A stretch of DNA of 41,670 bases from the IMG/VR virus record IMGVR_UViG_3300045988_129826; one strand, 5' to 3'. Made by a program: the position numbers and the translations under genes. Source of the DNA: a virus. Position 1 is the first letter of the stretch. Every line of letters begins with the position of its first letter. This document shows, piece after piece, positions 17,779-26,562 of the stretch. A model generated the notes under the pieces. That model had not been told where the DNA came from. It made no database searches and was given only the letters and a program-made list of their open reading frames with translations.

Positions 17779-17880
17779 TTATTTCTTATATTTTCTAGCT
17801 GCAATAGCTAGAGCATCTAGTGCTCCAACTACTACAACTGAAACTACTATAATTACAATTAATATTATTAAATCTTTCAT
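17779..17880 (-). CDS. Small single-TM peptide (33 aa)
   Basis: Hand-translated MKDLIILIVIIVVSVVVVGALDALAIAARKYKK. Confidence 0.35.
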   Translation of the reverse strand: MKDLIILIVIIVVSVVVVGALDALAIAARKYKK

Positions 17881-17916
17881 AGTTGCTCCTATCTGCCTTA
17901 ATATGTAGCCCCACAT

Positions 17917-18465
17917 TTACACTTCAAAATCTTCATTCAATTTTATATCTATTGGTATTCCACCACCCATGTACTTAGCTATATTTAGTAAATATGATGC
18001 TATTTCATTTTTATTTACCTTGTCTACTTCTAAGATATCATAAGCTAAATTTCTTATTTGTCTTTTACTTTCTTCATTACACCAATTACTTCTATTTGCA
18101 CTATTAAAGCCTTCTATAAGCACTCTATTAGCTTTATCTAAATCTTTATTAGCCTTATCTAACTTTTTTAACTCTGTATCCTTAGCTATTAATTTAGTAT
18201 TCAAGCTACAATTTCTAAGAGTTTTATGCTCTGAAACCTTCTCTAATTTCTCTATATACTCTTCTAGATTTTTTAGTTTACCTTCTGCTATGGTAAGAGC
18301 TTGGTGTAAACTCTCATTTTTATCTTGTAGATTATCTTTAATTCTTTTTTCTACCGCTAGTTCATCATTTTTAACTGCTATAACTCTATTCTTTTCAACT
18401 ATTATATTTATAGCTTTATCTAATTCTGCTTCATGTGTTTTTCTTAGCATTATTGGTAGTTTCAT
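17917..18465 (-). CDS. Hypothetical coiled-coil protein
   Basis: 182 aa, with long heptad-like Lys/Glu/Leu-rich helices. Confidence 0.45.
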   Translation of the reverse strand: MKLPIMLRKTHEAELDKAINIIVEKNRVIAVKNDELAVEKRIKDNLQDKNESLHQALTIAEGKLKNLEEYIEKLEKVSEHKTLRNCSLNTKLIAKDTELKKLDKANKDLDKANRVLIEGFNSANRSNWCNEESKRQIRNLAYDILEVDKVNKNEIASYLLNIAKYMGGGIPIDIKLNEDFEV

Positions 18466-18485
18466 CTTTAGTCCCCCCTATAAAT

Positions 18486-18647
18486 TTATTTGTAATTTAA
18501 AACTAAAACTTCTTTAGTAGTTCTATGAACATATGTATAAGTGCGCTCCTTATCATTTTGTCTTTCTAAAAGGTATTCCATAAAATCGTATCCAGCATTA
18601 GCTAATACTTGCATTTGTCTACGTGTTAATTTCTTTAGTTTTTTCAT
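18486..18647 (-). CDS. Hypothetical small protein (53 aa)
   Basis: Strong AGGAGG RBS upstream of the ATG at 18647. Sequence MKKLKKLTRRQMQVLANAGYDFMEYLLERQ... Confidence 0.4.
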   Translation of the reverse strand: MKKLKKLTRRQMQVLANAGYDFMEYLLERQNDKERTYTYVHRTTKEVLVLNYK

Positions 18648-18660
18648 ACTCAATTTCCTC

Positions 18661-18792
18661 CTAATTTTTATTTACTTTATCTATTTGTTTTTCTACTATA
18701 TATCTATCTAATATCTGGCTTAAATCTACTACTATTTCATGGTTTCCATGCTTCAGATATAACTCTGCAAGTGCATTTTTTAATTCTTCCAT
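18661..18792 (-). CDS. Spo0E-like aspartyl-phosphate phosphatase family peptide (43 aa)
   Basis: Hand-translated MEELKNALAELYLKHGNHEIVVDLSQILDRYIVEKQIDKVNKN. The VVxLSQxLDxxI core matches the Spo0E/YnzD/YisI signature (SQELDxLI). The ATG overlaps the upstream gene end. Confidence 0.5.
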   Translation of the reverse strand: MEELKNALAELYLKHGNHEIVVDLSQILDRYIVEKQIDKVNKN

Positions 18793-19277
18793 ATGCCTTG
18801 CTCCACTTCTAAGATGTTCTTGTCCATCTTTTGGTGGTAGGCTTCTTTAATGTCATTTAAATCAAATCCTAAACTATATATTAGCTCTGCAAATAAAGGT
18901 ATAATTCTATTTATCATTTTTGTTCTTGAAATGGCTTTTTTGTAATTTAGCATAGATACATTATTAAATAATGAATTCAAAATTACTTCTGGAGCAGTTA
19001 CTTGAACTTCTTGAACCTCTGCAATCAAATCTATATCTAAAAATATAGCTATATCGCTCATTCTATTAAGGATCATAATTAAATCATTTAGCATAACATC
19101 TTTATAATCTTTATTTAAGTTTAATCCTAATGCTAAGTGTGCTAAATCTATATGAAAATTCATTATAAGGCTCATAGGCACGCTATAAGCATTTATACTA
19201 TTATTGTCTTCTGTATCACTTAAAATTGATTCTCTTGACTTTTTAGCAAAATTTAAATCTATTACTTTATTATTCAT
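18780..19277 (-). CDS. Hypothetical all-alpha protein (possibly MazG / dimeric dUTPase-like NTP pyrophosphatase)
   Basis: 165 aa. Helical, with acidic clusters and an end motif DIKEAYHQKMDKN that is weakly reminiscent of all-alpha NTP-PPases. Not secure. Confidence 0.3.
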   Translation of the reverse strand: MNNKVIDLNFAKKSRESILSDTEDNNSINAYSVPMSLIMNFHIDLAHLALGLNLNKDYKDVMLNDLIMILNRMSDIAIFLDIDLIAEVQEVQVTAPEVILNSLFNNVSMLNYKKAISRTKMINRIIPLFAELIYSLGFDLNDIKEAYHQKMDKNILEVEQGIWKN

Positions 19278-19419
19278 TTTCTAATTCCCCCATTTTCATT
19301 TGTTTTTCAAATTCTTGTTCTGCCCATTTAATCGCTTCAAATGCATTCATTGAGTATTTGTTCATTAAATACTTTGCTCTAGCTATAAGAGCACTTCTAT
19401 TCTCTAATTTAACTGTCAT
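19270..19419 (-). CDS. Hypothetical small protein (49 aa)
   Basis: Hand-translated MTVKLENRSALIARAKYLMNKYSMNAFEAIKWAEQEFEKQ... Its stop overlaps the next ATG. Confidence 0.3.
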   Translation of the reverse strand: MTVKLENRSALIARAKYLMNKYSMNAFEAIKWAEQEFEKQMKMGELENE

Positions 19420-19435
19420 CTTTATACCTACTTAT

Positions 19436-19870
19436 TTATATTTTCAGAAAGTAACCTTTTCTTGGATTGCTAACAATACTTTTTAAGCCTAAACTAAGTT
19501 CATTTGTATTCGGCTTATAAATTGACAAAATATATCTATCATTTACACATGAGTTTATTCTTTTACTTGCATAAATATTGCTCAAAGAAGTGTTTATTTC
19601 TTTTGCTGCATCTTCTGCTTTTGAAAATATCTTTGTTATTTTATCTTTCTTATCATATACAGCTACCGCTTTTTTCCATTGTTTTTCTACTGTTTTAATT
19701 ACTTCATCTATAAATTCATCTCTTTCATCGTCTTTTAACTCTATAAGTCCATCCATTTCATCTAGTCTTATATATTCTTCAAGCTCTTGACCAAACAACA
19801 TCCCTTCCATAGCTAAGACTTGAGCTATTTCTACTGCTTGATTTCTTTTGTATCCACTTAACATTTTCAA
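19436..19870 (-). CDS. Hypothetical protein with a NUMOD1-like DNA-binding tail
   Basis: 144 aa. VAVYDKKDKITKIFSKAEDAAKEINTSLSNIYASKR resembles the NUMOD1/IENR1 HTH modules of homing endonucleases. No nuclease domain seen. Confidence 0.35.
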   Translation of the reverse strand: MKMLSGYKRNQAVEIAQVLAMEGMLFGQELEEYIRLDEMDGLIELKDDERDEFIDEVIKTVEKQWKKAVAVYDKKDKITKIFSKAEDAAKEINTSLSNIYASKRINSCVNDRYILSIYKPNTNELSLGLKSIVSNPRKGYFLKI

Positions 19871-19893
19871 TCTCCCCTATTTACCAGGGAGCA

Positions 19894-20685
19894 TTAGCTC
19901 CCATAAATTCTATAATTCAATTTATCTCCTACTATTTCAGCTAAATAATTTTTCGACATTTCATATAATCTACTTCCTATAGCTTCATCTATCTCTAACA
20001 AATCACCTATAGATTTTTCAGTAGTAACTATCACAGGTAGACTTTTAAAGTATCTATAATCAAGTATTTCATAAATTATATTTATATCTGATTCAGTGAT
20101 CCTTCCTTTAAATAAATCATCTATCATTAATACTTGTGCATTTTTGTATATATTAATTTCTCTTTGATAATTTTCTTCATCTGTTATAGATTGTTTTAAA
20201 TTGGTTATACTACTTCTGTAGGGCATATATATTACTCCGACACCAGTGTCTAATAATACATTCCCTATACTCATTGCTAAATGGGTCTTTCCTGACCCCA
20301 CTTGACCGCAAAATATTATAGAATTTTGTCTAGCTACTCTTAACTCCTCAAATTTTTTAGAGTAGCTTTTTGCTTTACTATAAGCTAACATCGTTTCTTT
20401 ACTTTTAGAGTAATCAAAGTTTTCAAATCTCATTTTTCTAAACTCTTCAGATACTCCACTAGCTTTTAGCTTATCTTCAGCTATTCTAATAGATCTACAC
20501 TCACATGCTTTAGCAGTTCCATCTTCTTGTATGGTAAACATCATATCTCTACATTTATTGCATTTATAATTACTCTCTTGATAATCGTTCACATTCTTTA
20601 AGTAATCTGTAGTACTCTTCATCTTTTTCATCATCAACTGGTATCTGTTGTTCAAATTGTTTAGTACGCTTTGTGCTGCTTCCAT
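19894..20685 (-). CDS. DnaC/IstB-like AAA+ helicase loader with an N-terminal Cys4 finger; the real start is probably a downstream Met (about 20631)
   Basis: Walker A GQVGSGKTHLAMSIGN, Walker B LMIDDL, and the finger CNKCRDMMF...ACEC. The tracked start overlaps the organiser gene by 116 nt. Confidence 0.8.
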   Translation of the reverse strand: MEAAQSVLNNLNNRYQLMMKKMKSTTDYLKNVNDYQESNYKCNKCRDMMFTIQEDGTAKACECRSIRIAEDKLKASGVSEEFRKMRFENFDYSKSKETMLAYSKAKSYSKKFEELRVARQNSIIFCGQVGSGKTHLAMSIGNVLLDTGVGVIYMPYRSSITNLKQSITDEENYQREINIYKNAQVLMIDDLFKGRITESDINIIYEILDYRYFKSLPVIVTTEKSIGDLLEIDEAIGSRLYEMSKNYLAEIVGDKLNYRIYGS

Positions 20686-21484
20686 TAGTTTTCACACCCT
20701 TTTGTTTAGACTGTTCTTGTTGAAGTTTATACGCTTCTAATTGTTCTAAAGTTCTTATGTTTGCATCTAACCATTGTTTTATAATCCCTTTGATGTATCC
20801 TAAGTTACATTTACCTTTATCAGTTGCTATTTCTATCGCTCTTTTAAAAAGATTAACATCTATAGTTTCAGATAGTTCTATAAGATACTCTGCTGTTATT
20901 CCATTTATAAGTCCTATATTTTGTTCATATAGGTTTTTAAAAGTTTTTAAATCAGATTTATCTACATACTTATCTTCTTTTTCTTTATCTGTATGTATAT
21001 CTATATCTTTCTCTAACTCTTTCTCTATATCTATATCTATCTCTGGTGGAGTTTTGTCGGACATTTGTCCAATCAATTGTCCGGACATTTGTCCAAGTGA
21101 TTTTTTCTCTTCTTCAATTTTACTTCTATATAATCTTTTTCTATCCGCTTCTGTGCTGCTTTTACCTATAAAATTTTGTATATCTAGCATATATATCGCA
21201 CCATTATCTAGTACTTCTATTAATCCTAATTCTTTAAAGATAGCTATTGCTTTCTCAACTACTGCTACAGGAAATCTAGTTACATTGGCTAACATACTGG
21301 CATTGTAAGGAATCCTATTATTAAACATTAATTTACCTTCATTTTTCAAACTTCTTAGATATAGCTTTAAAAGTATATTTGAGTACATATATCCATCAGG
21401 CATACTTTCAAGTATTATCATTTCATCTCTCTCATAGAAGTTATCAACTAATTTCAAATAGTAGTACTTTTTATTGTCACTCAT
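20570..21484 (-). CDS. Phage replisome organiser (N-terminal rep_org domain + C-terminal DnaD-like domain)
   Basis: MSDNKKYYYLKLVDNFYERDEMIILESMPDGYMYSNILLKLYL... matches the replisome-organiser N domain. The C-terminal NLGYIKGIIKQWLDANIRTLEQLEA is DnaD-like. Confidence 0.75.
   Translation of the reverse strand: MSDNKKYYYLKLVDNFYERDEMIILESMPDGYMYSNILLKLYLRSLKNEGKLMFNNRIPYNASMLANVTRFPVAVVEKAIAIFKELGLIEVLDNGAIYMLDIQNFIGKSSTEADRKRLYRSKIEEEKKSLGQMSGQLIGQMSDKTPPEIDIDIEKELEKDIDIHTDKEKEDKYVDKSDLKTFKNLYEQNIGLINGITAEYLIELSETIDVNLFKRAIEIATDKGKCNLGYIKGIIKQWLDANIRTLEQLEAYKLQQEQSKQKGVKTNGSSTKRTKQFEQQIPVDDEKDEEYYRLLKECERLSRE
21058..21096. repeat. Iterated palindromic GGACA-tt-TGTCC units inside the organiser gene (candidate origin of replication)
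   Basis: cggacatttgtccaa occurs at 21058-21072 and 21082-21096, with a third ttgtcc between them. Adjacent atatctatatct repeats lie at about 20995-21045. Confidence 0.45.
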
Positions 21485-21588
21485 GATACTTCACCCACTT
21501 TTTTATCTTCTGTATAGTTTGATTGCTTGGAATACTCCAGCTAAAACTAGAGCATCCCATATAATCAGCATTATTATTAAATTCATAT

Positions 21589-22476
21589 CTAAACCTCTAA
21601 CGTTACCTGTTCATCTATATCTGCAAATTTATCTTCATCTACTGGTGTAAAATCTGCATCTATAAATTCTTCTTTAGGTTGATATTTAGTAAGTAAGTCT
21701 AAAACCTCTTGAACTTCATCAAACTTAAGTTCTTTTAAGCAATAACCATTACTCTCACAAAATTCTTGCATCTTAGATATGTCTTTTGGGTTATCATAGT
21801 CATATAAACCTTTCATAGATGCTAACTTCATAATCCCTTGTTTCTGACCTGATGTAGCATATCCAACTTTAACTTCTTTTTCCGGTAATTTGTCAGGTAC
21901 ATTTTGTATTTCTGCCGCATCGTACATTCCTTGTAAATCTTCTGGGAATGCTTCTCTTAAAGCTGTTACCATAGCACATTTTCTTATCATTACACATGGC
22001 ATTTGCTTCCAAGTACTTTGGCCTTTTGAGTATTCTTCCATACTAACTTCGGATCTAATAGGGAACTTCATATCTTTTACATATACTTCGCACCATCCAC
22101 CTACTAAAGTCTCTTTAGGAGCTTTTAAGCTACCTTCTCGATAATCCATACTTCCATCAGGTTTTAAAATTACTATTCCAGCTTTCATTCCTTCAAAGTT
22201 AGGATTTCTATAAGCTCTTTTAACAAATACATCTTTACCGACCACTATATTTGCTGGTGAGTTTCCAAACTTAATTAAGTAAGCTTCTCTTATAAACGGA
22301 TTAAGCTTTTGAGCTTTACATAATTCTATAAACATTAATGTTTCTTGATCTGTAACTGCTCCATTTCCGCTTACTAAGTAATTCTTAACTGTTTCTGCAG
22401 TTAATACTTGTCCTGTCTCTGTTTTAAATTCTGCTAAACTTAATGCACTAGTTTGCGCTTGCATAACTTTGCTCAT
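21589..22476 (-). CDS. recT: RecT-family single-strand annealing recombinase
   Basis: 295 aa. LMFIELCKAQKLNPFIREAYLIKFGNSPANIVVGKDVFVKRAYRNPNFEGMKAGIVI is a RecT signature. Confidence 0.85.
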   Translation of the reverse strand: MSKVMQAQTSALSLAEFKTETGQVLTAETVKNYLVSGNGAVTDQETLMFIELCKAQKLNPFIREAYLIKFGNSPANIVVGKDVFVKRAYRNPNFEGMKAGIVILKPDGSMDYREGSLKAPKETLVGGWCEVYVKDMKFPIRSEVSMEEYSKGQSTWKQMPCVMIRKCAMVTALREAFPEDLQGMYDAAEIQNVPDKLPEKEVKVGYATSGQKQGIMKLASMKGLYDYDNPKDISKMQEFCESNGYCLKELKFDEVQEVLDLLTKYQPKEEFIDADFTPVDEDKFADIDEQVTLEV

Positions 22477-22726
22477 TTTTACTTTCCTCCATGATTTTTA
22501 TATTGTATTTAAAGCCTGAAATAATTCCTTGTACATATTCACTACACACATTCATACTTAAAGCATTGTAAAGTTCTTTATAGAAATCATCTAAAGTCCA
22601 ACCTTCCTCATGTTTTCTAATACAAAACTTTATTGCTTCTTTTTGTCCAGAGGAATAATCATTGCTATCTGTATCAAATTTCAATTTTAAAAGTGCATCT
22701 TCTAATTTTTTCATTAGACATTTCAC
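22448..22726 (-). CDS. Hypothetical protein
   Basis: 92-aa ORF upstream of recT. Confidence 0.4.
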   Translation of the reverse strand: MKCLMKKLEDALLKLKFDTDSNDYSSGQKEAIKFCIRKHEEGWTLDDFYKELYNALSMNVCSEYVQGIISGFKYNIKIMEESKNEQSYASAN

Positions 22727-22792
22727 CTAAATTCGTTTATAATTTCATTAGTTTATATTTTTTTATTTCGGCCCTTTCATAGGGCTCTTTTT

Positions 22793-23113
22793 TTAAAAAG
22801 GTAACTCTTCTGCTCCTACTGATTCAAAGTAGTTATAAGCCTCTATATCTTCTTCTAAAATATCTGCTTCTTCTTTATCAGATATAAGTTTAAGCATTTT
22901 TTCGATTGCTCCTAATCTTCCATAGTAAAACCACTTTTCTTGACTTTTATGGTCATGTTCTACTTTGGCTTTTCTATATTCATCTGTTCCTGGTAATGCA
23001 TCTAACATAGTGTTAAAACATTTATCTATAACCGCTTGTGTTTCTACTATACTTTGATTTGAAGCTTTTACATCACATTGTAAGATTCTCTTAATTGCTT
23101 CCATTTTAAGCAC
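22793..23113 (-). CDS. Hypothetical protein (likely starts at the ATG MEAIKR)
   Basis: About 103-106 aa, a helical ORF in the early operon. Confidence 0.4.
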   Translation of the reverse strand: MLKMEAIKRILQCDVKASNQSIVETQAVIDKCFNTMLDALPGTDEYRKAKVEHDHKSQEKWFYYGRLGAIEKMLKLISDKEEADILEEDIEAYNYFESVGAEELPF

Positions 23114-23229
23114 CTACCTTTATCTTTTTATACATTCTTAAAGCATAGAATTTTTTGTCTATATCTTTATCTTTAAACTCTTTTACAAAGTCTTGAAGTA
23201 TCTTTATATTCATTTAATTCACCACCTTT

Positions 23230-23412
23230 CTACATTGAATCTAACCATTCTAAGAATGAATCCCTAGATATCTTGTAATCTCTACCTACTTTTCTAACAA
23301 CAAACATATCTTTAGTTGTCATAGCCTGTCTTATTAAGTTGTAAGCAGTGCCTTGAGATATGTTTAAGATATTCATTATGTCTTTCGTACCTAAAACTTG
23401 ATTTATCTTCAT
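23230..23412 (-). CDS. Excisionase-like / MerR-type HTH DNA-binding protein
   Basis: 60 aa. LGTKDIMNILNISQGTAYNLIRQ...YKISRDSFLEWL matches the HTH_17 excisionase-family pattern. Confidence 0.55.
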   Translation of the reverse strand: MKINQVLGTKDIMNILNISQGTAYNLIRQAMTTKDMFVVRKVGRDYKISRDSFLEWLDSM

Positions 23413-23421
23413 CTTATCCTC

Positions 23422-24123
23422 CTATGCAAATGCTATCTGACTATTTAATCCATGAATTGCATATTTTAAAACTTCATCTTTTGGTTCCCAAGCTTCTATA
23501 AAACTAATTGCTAAGTCATAGTTTTTAACTGATAAATTCTTATAACTATTAACTTTAAAAGTTCTCTTTATATCTCTATAGAATGAAGCATATAATTTTT
23601 TATTCAGCTTCTTGTATGCTTCAGCATCTTTTCCACCTAATAGTTCTACTGCTCTACAATTTATCGCGCTTCTAAGATTTTCAGCTAACTCATAGTTAAC
23701 AGTCATTTTATCTTCTATAGTTGTTATTCTGTTATCTAGCTCCTGTTGTCTTTTATCAACTAATAATATTGCTTGAAGTTCTTTGCTCATATTTTCATAT
23801 GGATTAAATCTATTCAGTCTTAAATCTTTAAGTAGCTTTTTAACTTTCTTTTTAAACTGTTTAGCTATAGGTTTTCTACTTTGCATCAATACTTCATATA
23901 GTCCATCTTCTGTTAAAAACCACATTTCTTGATTTCCTCCAAGGGTACGAACAATGTTCTTAACCTTTTCATCTTCATCTACAGACTTCATCATTTTAGA
24001 AACATCGCTATGTTCTATCCAGCTAGCTACATCTTTAGCTAAAAATAATGGATTTTCTAAATCACCATAAGTTGTAACTTCATGATCTAATATGTTTCTT
24101 TTGTCTATTACTTGTAATTCCAC
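23422..24123 (-). CDS. Antirepressor (BRO-N domain + C-terminal KilAC/ORF6C-like domain)
   Basis: 233 aa. The N-terminal part ...PLFLAKDVASWIEHSDVSKMMKSVDEDEK...MWFLTEDGLYEVLMQSRKPIAKQFKKKV is BRO-N-like. Confidence 0.75.
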   Translation of the reverse strand: MELQVIDKRNILDHEVTTYGDLENPLFLAKDVASWIEHSDVSKMMKSVDEDEKVKNIVRTLGGNQEMWFLTEDGLYEVLMQSRKPIAKQFKKKVKKLLKDLRLNRFNPYENMSKELQAILLVDKRQQELDNRITTIEDKMTVNYELAENLRSAINCRAVELLGGKDAEAYKKLNKKLYASFYRDIKRTFKVNSYKNLSVKNYDLAISFIEAWEPKDEVLKYAIHGLNSQIAFA

Positions 24124-24197
24124 TTTCTATTACCTCCAATATGTATGAATTTTTGTTTTTAGTTTTGGTTAAACTAATGTTACATCAAAAACAACTT

Positions 24198-24395
24198 CTA
24201 AGTTAAAAAAATTTGAACCACTTCTTCTGGTGTAAGATTATAGAGTTCTTTAAGAACTTTTATATCTTGTAGAGAAAAAGCTATTTCACCTTTTTCTTTT
24301 CTACAGTATGTAGGCTTTTTAACACCTAATTTTTCTGCAACAACTTCTTGAGTAATATCATGTTTAATCCTCAAGATTTTAAGTTCTTTTGTCAT
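24198..24395 (-). CDS. Cro-like XRE-family HTH regulator
   Basis: 65 aa, divergent from the repressor. ITQEVVAEKLGVKKPTYCRKEKGE is an HTH_XRE motif. Confidence 0.75.
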   Translation of the reverse strand: MTKELKILRIKHDITQEVVAEKLGVKKPTYCRKEKGEIAFSLQDIKVLKELYNLTPEEVVQIFLT

Positions 24396-24461
24396 TGTGT
24401 ATCACCTCTAACTTATTACTATATGTTTTAGCTGTTACTTTTAGAACAACTTTATGTTTTA

Positions 24462-24490
24462 ATATTATTACATTAAAAACAACTTGTCAA
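24462..24490 (-). promoter_or_regulatory. Early leftward promoter (TTGACA-17 nt-TAATAT) with a CAACTT-type operator in the spacer
   Basis: Minus strand reads ttgaca agttgtttttaatgtaa taatat. The motif aaaCAACTT recurs at 24187-24197, 24443-24453, 24475-24485 and, as a variant, at 24538-24548. Confidence 0.55.
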
Positions 24491-24578
24491 CACTTTTTAT
24501 AAAAAAAGTTCCTCGTTCGGTAACTTTTATTTATTTTAACGCAACTTTATATATAATATACATTGGAGGTGTTGTTTT

Positions 24579-24977
24579 GTGGATACATTCGGAAAAAGAT
24601 TTAAAGAAGCACGTAAAGAAAAAAGATTGACCCAAGAACAATTAGCTGATAAATTTCATTTAAAAAAGAGTTCTATAAGTAGATACGAGAATGACAAGCA
24701 AATGCCAGAGGTTAATTTACTAAAAGAATTTGCCGACTTTTTCGGTGTCACTGTTGATTATTTATTAGGGAGCGAATCTATAAAAACTGAAGATTTAAAT
24801 ACAAAAAATAGCGGCAATATTTTATTCGAAAATGCTCAAGATGCCATGGCGTTTATTTTAAAACAACCAAGCATAATGGCTTTTGGTGTACCCGATCTAA
24901 CAGATGAAGAAATAATAGAATTTGCTAATGATATATTAAGTCATATAAAATTAGTAAGTTACAAATATAAAAAATAA
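24579..24977 (+). CDS. CI/ImmR-like XRE-family repressor (GTG start)
   Basis: 132 aa. RLTQEQLADKFHLKKSSISRYENDKQMPEVNLLKEFADFFGVTVDYLLG. GGAGGTG RBS. Followed by the ImmA-like protease. Confidence 0.8.
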   Translation: MDTFGKRFKEARKEKRLTQEQLADKFHLKKSSISRYENDKQMPEVNLLKEFADFFGVTVDYLLGSESIKTEDLNTKNSGNILFENAQDAMAFILKQPSIMAFGVPDLTDEEIIEFANDILSHIKLVSYKYKK

Positions 24978-24991
24978 GCATTAGGAGAATT

Positions 24992-25399
24992 TTGGGGGAA
25001 ATGAGAAATCCAATTTATGAAATAGTCAAGGATACTGTATATAAATATAGAACAAGTAATCCTTTTGAAATATGTGAAAAAGAGGGCTTAAAAGTAAAAT
25101 TCGTTAATTATGGCAAAGCTATAATTGTAAACTCAGAATTTGTTTTTATAAATGACAAATATGATTTAGCATCAAAATGGATTCTCTGTGCACATGAATT
25201 AGGGCATGCTATATTGCACAGAGGTGATGCTTGTAATCACTATAATGAAAATAATACTTTAGATAAAATAGAAAAAGATAGAGAAGCTAATTTATTTGCA
25301 GCTTATTTGTTATTTGAAGATAATTTAGATATAAAATTTGAAAATATGAATAGTTATATGTTACAAAACTTCATAGAAAGTCATTTAAAGTTCGAATAA
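24992..25399 (+). CDS. immA: ImmA/IrrE-family zinc metallopeptidase (anti-repressor protease)
   Basis: 135 aa with the HEXXH motif (CAHELGHAILH). Canonical position between repressor and integrase. Confidence 0.8.
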   Translation: MGEMRNPIYEIVKDTVYKYRTSNPFEICEKEGLKVKFVNYGKAIIVNSEFVFINDKYDLASKWILCAHELGHAILHRGDACNHYNENNTLDKIEKDREANLFAAYLLFEDNLDIKFENMNSYMLQNFIESHLKFE

Positions 25400-25406
25400 A
25401 AAAGAG

Positions 25407-26561
25407 GTGTTAGACATGAATAACTATAACATCAAAAGCTCTTTTCTTAGAAAACGTGGCGAAAACTACAATGTAATAATTGAATATTACAATGAAGATG
25501 GTAAACTAAAGCAAAAGAGCTTAGGTAAATATGAAAATAAAAAAGATGCTGAAAAGCATCTAATCGATTTAAAAAGTTCTATTAATAACAATAAATTTAT
25601 TATAAGTAAAGATATAACTTTTGTCGATAGGTATAAAAAATATATGTATGATGAGAGCAAAAAGTTTTCTCCTCTTACTGTATCAAGAATGGAAGATATA
25701 TTAAAGACTAATATAGTCCCATTTTTTAGAAATACATTATTACAAGATGTAACTCCACATATGTTGCAGTCTTTTATGAATTGTTTATTCTTGAAGTATG
25801 CTAAAAGCACAGCTACAAGTAGAGTTGCATTAGTTAAGTCTGTTTTAAATGAATCATATAGATTAAGAGAAATCCAAGAAAACCCATGCGACTTTGTAAA
25901 AATACCTACATCAACTAATAAAGGTTCAAGAAATACTGTTAAAGAGCCTTTTACAAAAGAAGAAGCACAAGACTTTATTCAAAAATTAGAAGGTAGGTTT
26001 TTTGAAGTTCATTTACTTTTAATGCTTCTTGGAGGACTTAGATCAGAGGAAGTTTGTGGATTAAAATGGGAAGATATAGACTTTAAAAACGGAACTATAA
26101 GTATAAAAAGAGTTTTGGTTTATACTAAATCTACTTTTTACTTTAAAGATCCTAAAACTAAATCATCATTTAGAACTATATCTATCCCAGATACATTATT
26201 AAATAAATTAAAGAAATTAAAAACAAAGCATAATAAATTAAAATTAGAAGGGGTTTTAAATCTAAAGGGTGAGTTTGAAGGTTTAGTTTGTTTAAAATCA
26301 AATTTAGAACCTATGCACTCGCAAAGACTATATGAAAACTTTTCTGATTTTTGCAGAAATTATAATATTAGAAAAATAAGGATGCACGACTTAAGACATA
26401 CTCATGCCACACTTTTAGTTCTAGCCGGAACTGATTTTAAAACTATATCTAATAGATTAGGCCATGAGGATATAAAAATAACATTAAATAGATATAGTCA
26501 TGTTTTAAAAGAGATGGATCATAAGGCATCCAATGATATATCTAAAACTTTAAACTTATAA
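25407..26561 (+). CDS. int: Tyrosine recombinase / phage integrase
   Basis: 384 aa. GLRSEEVCGLKWEDID (Arg box), MHDLRHTHATLL and LGHEDIKITLNRYSHV (H-x-x-R ... Y catalytic motifs). Confidence 0.85.
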   Translation: MLDMNNYNIKSSFLRKRGENYNVIIEYYNEDGKLKQKSLGKYENKKDAEKHLIDLKSSINNNKFIISKDITFVDRYKKYMYDESKKFSPLTVSRMEDILKTNIVPFFRNTLLQDVTPHMLQSFMNCLFLKYAKSTATSRVALVKSVLNESYRLREIQENPCDFVKIPTSTNKGSRNTVKEPFTKEEAQDFIQKLEGRFFEVHLLLMLLGGLRSEEVCGLKWEDIDFKNGTISIKRVLVYTKSTFYFKDPKTKSSFRTISIPDTLLNKLKKLKTKHNKLKLEGVLNLKGEFEGLVCLKSNLEPMHSQRLYENFSDFCRNYNIRKIRMHDLRHTHATLLVLAGTDFKTISNRLGHEDIKITLNRYSHVLKEMDHKASNDISKTLNL

Positions 26562-26562
26562 A

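Noticed and set aside
20757-21308. 183-aa plus-strand ORF
   Set aside because: It lies entirely inside the replisome-organiser gene on the opposite strand. It is Ser/Ile/Leu-rich, and the minus-strand product has clear family signatures.
22750-22792. Hairpin ggccct-ttcat-agggc(t)c with a T-run, as terminator of the early operon
   Set aside because: The T-run is on the plus strand only, and the coding (minus) strand has an A-rich tail. It is therefore not a convincing terminator for the genes here. It is noted but left unannotated.
25487-25810. 107-aa minus-strand ORF inside the integrase
   Set aside because: It is antisense to a tyrosine recombinase with intact catalytic motifs. Its translation is low-complexity and hydrophobic.
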